From an uncultured Acidobacteriota bacterium (lineage in GTDB: Bacteria > Acidobacteriota > UBA6911), in NCBI GenBank assembly GCA_963809485.1, contig CAWEJX010000020.1, forward strand, positions 928,001 through 992,000: a DNA stretch of 64,000 nucleotides. The letters run 5' to 3'. Made by a program: the position numbers and the translations under genes. Each line of letters begins with the position of its first letter. The stretch's first letter is position 1. Of this stretch, positions 59,742 to 64,000 are shown piece after piece. Below the pieces are notes generated by a model. It was given only the letters and a program-made list of their open reading frames with translations. It was not told where the DNA came from and did no database searches.

Positions 59742-59975
59742 AGTCAGGTACTTCCGGCAAAGCCGGAGGCAAGATTTGAACCGCTCAAAGCGGTTGGACT
59801 AGTTACGCCGGTCTTGAACGCTGACTTACGCGGGCAAAAGCCGATGAGGCGCTTCCGACCCTCGCCGAACAAATCGTTTGTCAGCGCTTTTGTCAGCGTA
59901 TCTCAACGTTTCAAAATACGGAGCTGTCAAACTCTATGAGTCCCCGGCAGAGCCGACGTACCCCCTAATGGATTA
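59742..59975 (-). mobile_element. IS200-ended palindromic element, short form
   Basis: Same ends and core; junction reads CCGACCC rather than CCGATCC. Confidence 0.78.
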
Positions 59976-60125
59976 GCAGTGGAGATACGCCCTCCTTTTC
60001 GTTTGCGGGGATTGGGCATAGGTTGAAGAAAAGCATTAAAGTAATAATAATAGGCACCTGCCGCTTTGGAATCGGTTCGTGGCGCCGGATCCTTCGCGCA
60101 AGGATGCCCGGAAAGTGAGGTTCCA

Positions 60126-60395
60126 ATGTTTGTGGGTTTTGCAGTCCGCGTTGTCGATGCAGACGGAAACGGCGTTGAAGGGGCAGAGGTCAGAGCGGAT
60201 TTCCCCTATGCGACCGAAAGCAACTGCACCGACAAGGACGGTTGGGTGAAATTTGAAAGAAATCACGCTTTCGGCGATGCCATTCGCACAACCATTTATG
60301 TGGATGGCGAAATGAAAGCCGAAAACATCTGGATCGAGAACGAAAATACCTACTCGTTCGTAATTCAAAAGCCTCTTGCTTTGCGGGAGGCTTGA
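60126..60395 (+). CDS. Small carboxypeptidase-regulatory-like (beta-sandwich) protein
   Basis: GAGG RBS; VRVVDADGNGVEGAEV..TDKDG pattern. Confidence 0.6.
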   Translation: MFVGFAVRVVDADGNGVEGAEVRADFPYATESNCTDKDGWVKFERNHAFGDAIRTTIYVDGEMKAENIWIENENTYSFVIQKPLALREA

Positions 60396-60751
60396 ATGCC
60401 GGCGGCTCAAAACCTTTGGATGCGCACATCCGGCTGCTGTGCGCTGAATTCTCAATCAGGCTGCCCGGCAAGCGTCACGACAATGTTCCGAGGTTCCTGG
60501 CCTCGATAAAACTCAATTGCATTCCGGTCGCCAGGAGCGTGTTTGGCCAAAACCGGCAACAGCTTGGAACCCTTGTGTCATTTTGCGCCATACCGATGCC
60601 TATGAGGAGCCATTCGAAGACCGGTGAAGCTAAAAAGCGGAGGCACGCAAAAAACTGAACAGATTCGCGGCGTTTTTATCGTTTTTCCCTCATTTGCGCG
60701 GTAGAATCCTCATGCGGTTTCCACAATCTAAGTTTGGGTGACGTCACGATT

Positions 60752-61837
60752 ATGCGCCTGACAACCTTGCGGATTATGGTCTTCACATTGTGGGTTGCAG
60801 CCTTCGCATCCTGTTCTTCCGGAGATAAACCGGGAATGTACAAGATTGCACTGGTGCCCTCCCGGAGCGGCCAGCACGGCATCTTTGTCATGAACTCGGA
60901 CACCTCCGGCGGAAAGCTCCTGACTCCCGAAGCGACGGCCCGCCTGAGCAGTTCCTCCTGGTCGCCTGACGGAAAGAAAATTGCGTTTTATGCGGCGCCG
61001 CGCCAGGACGCTGAGCTGGCCGGCAGTTTCCAGATACTGGGCCATCAATTACTCTATGTCAGCAATTCCGCAGGCGGCGGCGAGAAGCGACTGCTCAGTT
61101 TCCCGGTCAGCGATTTTGAATGGTCGCCCGATGGTCAAAAACTGCTTTACGTATCCGCGTCTGAAAATCCGGAACGCCTGGACCCGGCGGTCCTGCGCGG
61201 AACCAAAAGCCTGTTAAGCGCCATCTATGTTCTGGATCTCCCTTCCGGGGAACGGAAGCGTCTGACGGATTTCGGGCTGAACTGCTCCGGCGCGTGGTCA
61301 TCCGACAATGCACACCTGGCGCTCAGCCTGGGCAGCGGCTCGGGCAGTGACCTTTACGTCGTAAATCTGAACAACGGGCAGACCCGCCGCATCACCGATT
61401 CGCAGGACATAAATATTGCGCCGTCCTGGTCTCCGGATGGAAAGACCATTGCTTATGTATGCATGGGATCTCCGGGGAAGGATAAGGATGCGGGAATCTA
61501 CAGGGTCGACTCCGGCGGGGCCAATAAAATACGCATTTTCGACCGGATGGCTTACAAGGCGGCCTGGTCTCCGGATGGCAAATCGGTCCTGGTGCAATCG
61601 GCTACAGGCATTTACCTGATCCCTGCATTCGGGGGTCAGGCGACGGAGCTGTACACGGGTAGAGGACGCCCGCTGGATGCCGTATTCAGCCCCGACGGGC
61701 GGAAGATTTTATTCCGCAGCAATCACGAAGATGCCTGGCAGTTGTATTCGGTGGACTTGAACGGCGGCAACCTCAGGAGAGTCACTCATCTAAGCGCCGC
61801 ATCATTCTGCGTTTCGCCTCTGCTCTCGAAAGACTGA
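60752..61837 (+). CDS. TolB-like PD40 beta-propeller lipoprotein
   Basis: Lipobox FASC; repeated WSPDG motifs. Confidence 0.85.
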   Translation: MRLTTLRIMVFTLWVAAFASCSSGDKPGMYKIALVPSRSGQHGIFVMNSDTSGGKLLTPEATARLSSSSWSPDGKKIAFYAAPRQDAELAGSFQILGHQLLYVSNSAGGGEKRLLSFPVSDFEWSPDGQKLLYVSASENPERLDPAVLRGTKSLLSAIYVLDLPSGERKRLTDFGLNCSGAWSSDNAHLALSLGSGSGSDLYVVNLNNGQTRRITDSQDINIAPSWSPDGKTIAYVCMGSPGKDKDAGIYRVDSGGANKIRIFDRMAYKAAWSPDGKSVLVQSATGIYLIPAFGGQATELYTGRGRPLDAVFSPDGRKILFRSNHEDAWQLYSVDLNGGNLRRVTHLSAASFCVSPLLSKD

Positions 61838-61877
61838 TCGCTCGACTCATGCTGGAGTTTGATGACTTGGCCAACTG

Positions 61878-62080
61878 CCTCGGCAGAGCCGGAGGCTTGA
61901 TTGTTTACCACTCAAAGCGGTTGGATGATCTTCGCTGCCTCCAACCGCCGACATGGGCTGGCAAGAGGTGAATGTTGCCTTTTTGACGTTCGTCAGTGTT
62001 TTGTCAGTGTAGGTCGGCGTTCAATGATCCCGGAAGCATCAAACTCTGTGAGTCCCCCACCAGAGACGGATTGCCAGCCT
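61878..62080 (-). mobile_element. Diverged IS200-ended element with a different interior, abutting the next copy
   Basis: CCTCGGCAGAGCCGGAGG..CACTCAAAGCGGTTGG and CAAACTCTGTGAGTCCCCC ends. Confidence 0.6.
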
Positions 62081-62477
62081 AGTCAGGTACTTCCGGCAAA
62101 GCCGGTGGCTTGAAAGATTTGAACCGCTCGAAGCGGTTGGACTAGTTACGCCGGTCTTGAACGCTGACTTACGCGGGCAAAAGCCGATGAGGCGCTTCCG
62201 ATCCCCGCAGGGGCCAGCGCTCCGCGCTGGACAGTTTTCTGCGGCGGCACTGTGGCAAGCGCCGTGCGGCAAGGAGATGAAGGGTATGTGAAACCGGGCG
62301 TTTGCCACAGTGCCGCCGCAGAAAACTCCATCGGAAGCGCCTCATCGGCTTTTGCTCGCCGACCCTCGCCGAACAAATCGGCGTTTGTCAGCGCTTTTAT
62401 CAGCGTTTCTCAGCGTTTCAAAATACGGAACTGTCAAACTCTGTGAGTCCCCCAGCAGAGCCGGGTTGCCAGCTTAT
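62081..62477 (-). mobile_element. IS200-ended palindromic element, long form
   Basis: Near-identical to 19291-19692 and 54984-55386. Confidence 0.8.
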
Positions 62478-64000
62478 CTATTCCGGCTTCACCGGACCGC
62501 CCGCGTTTCCCTTGTCGATCATGACCATGAGGGATTCATGGGAATGAAGCAACTTGGACAGCGCCTCCTGGCCGGATTCCCGCGTCTCGCTCTTTTTTGC
62601 CCAGCCGGGCTCCACCATTGCCCATAATTTCTCGCGCAGGTTTTCCGGCAGGATGCTGTCCAGATATTCCGCAGCCAGGCCGCGCAGCGTCTTGTCTTCG
62701 GTATGCAGCACGCGAAAGGCGATTTTGACCGGCTCGCGCGGCAGCACCGTGGCGAACAGGGAGAACACATGCTCCAAGCTTTGATCGGCACGCTCCCGGA
62801 GAATATCATCCAGAAAAGCGTTCGGATCTCCGGACTGGCGCTTGTCAATGAGCCGTCGTGAATTCCATATTGGGTGCGCGACCTGGAGTTCGCGCTCAAC
62901 CGCCGCAAAAACTGCATCGGGAGGGACTTTAAGATCAGGCCGGCGCAGAAGCAGAGCGTCGAGCGCGCGTGAGCACTGAAAACGCACTTCAAACCGGCTG
63001 TCGGCAAGGCCGGCCAACAGGCCGTGGGCGGCCAGTTGGGAATTGCAATAGGTCAGAATTCGGGGGATCCGGCGGCGGATGCCGAACTGGACCTCGTCCT
63101 GGTTCGTGAGATGGTCCACCAGAAGCCCCGTGATCGGATCCGGATTACGCTTCAGCGCCGCATGGACAGCGTCGCTGACATCGTCCCAGGCGAGCAGGCG
63201 CACCAGTTGCGCGGCAATCACGGGTGTCAGGCGCGTAATGCCTTTGGTCGCGGCGATAATGCGCTGGCTGTCTCCGGATCGCAGTTCGCGTATGGCGTCG
63301 AGCGTCGGATCCACCACCCTGGCCGGAGCGGTTGAGAGATTGGGCGGTGCCGTCGCACCCTGCGAAGCGGGTTTGGCACCCGGAATACGAACCAGCACGC
63401 TCCGGGATGTGGAATCCTGAAGGTCCGCAAGATCCAGCTCCACGGCCCGGTCCACAAGCCGCTGCTGCACAAGCCCGGAGTAGGCCGCATCGAGCCTTCG
63501 CGAAATCCAGATCCCGAACACCGCCAGGGCCAGCGCAATCCCCAGCAGCCCCGAGACTATGAAGGAGGAACCTATCCATAGCAGCAGTTGAACAATCCCC
63601 CCGCCCAGTGCGTCACCCGCCCGGTCAAAGGCAACGTCTATCAGTGTCTTTGCCGCGCGCTTCTCATTCGCGGGCACAGGCGTATAGAGCAGCTCGTACG
63701 CAGAACGATAAAACGATCCGCGCAGGACATACTCCAGGGACCGGGCTAGAGTGAACATCGAGAATGCCGGTATCAACAGGGCACTCAAAGCTCCGGCGCC
63801 CACTCCGACAGGCAGTGACGCGATCGTCCGGCCGATCCCGAACTTGTTGAGCACCCGGCGCACCAGGAAAGTCTGCACCAGAAAAGTGATAACCTGCGTG
63901 GAGGTATAAAATACGGCGAAAAAGCGCAGCAACTGAGCGCCCTTGCCGAAGTCTTCGCGGGCAGCCGCCTTGAAGAGATAATCCAGTACCGCTGCCGAAG
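62478..64000 (-). CDS. Npt1/Npt2 (TLC-like) MFS transporter with C-terminal HEAT-like repeats, 5' end outside window
   Basis: RSAYELLYTPV..KRAAKTLIDV..R.GDALG motif; DSRFEVRFQCSRAL HEAT repeat. Confidence 0.75.
   Translation of the reverse strand, partial: SAAVLDYLFKAAAREDFGKGAQLLRFFAVFYTSTQVITFLVQTFLVRRVLNKFGIGRTIASLPVGVGAGALSALLIPAFSMFTLARSLEYVLRGSFYRSAYELLYTPVPANEKRAAKTLIDVAFDRAGDALGGGIVQLLLWIGSSFIVSGLLGIALALAVFGIWISRRLDAAYSGLVQQRLVDRAVELDLADLQDSTSRSVLVRIPGAKPASQGATAPPNLSTAPARVVDPTLDAIRELRSGDSQRIIAATKGITRLTPVIAAQLVRLLAWDDVSDAVHAALKRNPDPITGLLVDHLTNQDEVQFGIRRRIPRILTYCNSQLAAHGLLAGLADSRFEVRFQCSRALDALLLRRPDLKVPPDAVFAAVERELQVAHPIWNSRRLIDKRQSGDPNAFLDDILRERADQSLEHVFSLFATVLPREPVKIAFRVLHTEDKTLRGLAAEYLDSILPENLREKLWAMVEPGWAKKSETRESGQEALSKLLHSHESLMVMIDKGNAGGPVKPE

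Noticed and set aside
19291-62477. Reading the dispersed repeats as CRISPR or guide-RNA arrays
   Set aside because: Copies are dispersed, the 33-nt loop is nearly constant rather than spacer-like, and no cas, tnpB or iscB gene is present

Overview
GC-rich chromosomal DNA from a diderm, probably anaerobic bacterium (an Acidobacteriota-like or Desulfobacterota-like host is an inference from gene content). No rRNA, tRNA or CRISPR array was seen. From left to right: (1) the 3' part of a peptidase M49 gene; (2) a ~18 kb metal/cofactor uptake region (Gate-domain protein, DUF2117, two TonB-dependent receptors, an ABC importer whose permease is split by an ISAzo13-family IS, a radical SAM enzyme, an unknown partner, a methyltransferase, and two paralogous exported diheme proteins with a sulfite-oxidase-like fold) with candidate NikR-type operators and several frameshifts; (3) PilZ protein and frameshifted xanthine-dehydrogenase-family Mo subunit; (4) rhodanese/ArsR/TolC/RND/DUF2892 cluster; (5) His-rich TBDR with a palindromic operator; (6) Tat-exported DMSO-reductase-family enzyme plus Fe-S subunit and several cofactor-related DUF genes; (7) hybrid histidine kinase and nucleotidyltransferase, each preceded by NarL-type boxes; (8) FHA/PP2C/Ser-Thr kinase/SEDS-PBP fusion operon containing an unannotated 33-aa membrane microprotein; (9) arfB, a TolB-like propeller and a truncated Npt/TLC-like transporter. 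At least seven clear and several eroded copies of a non-autonomous, palindrome-rich element with IS200-like ends lie in intergenic regions, all in the same orientation. Family assignments are from motif recognition only; no database search was run.
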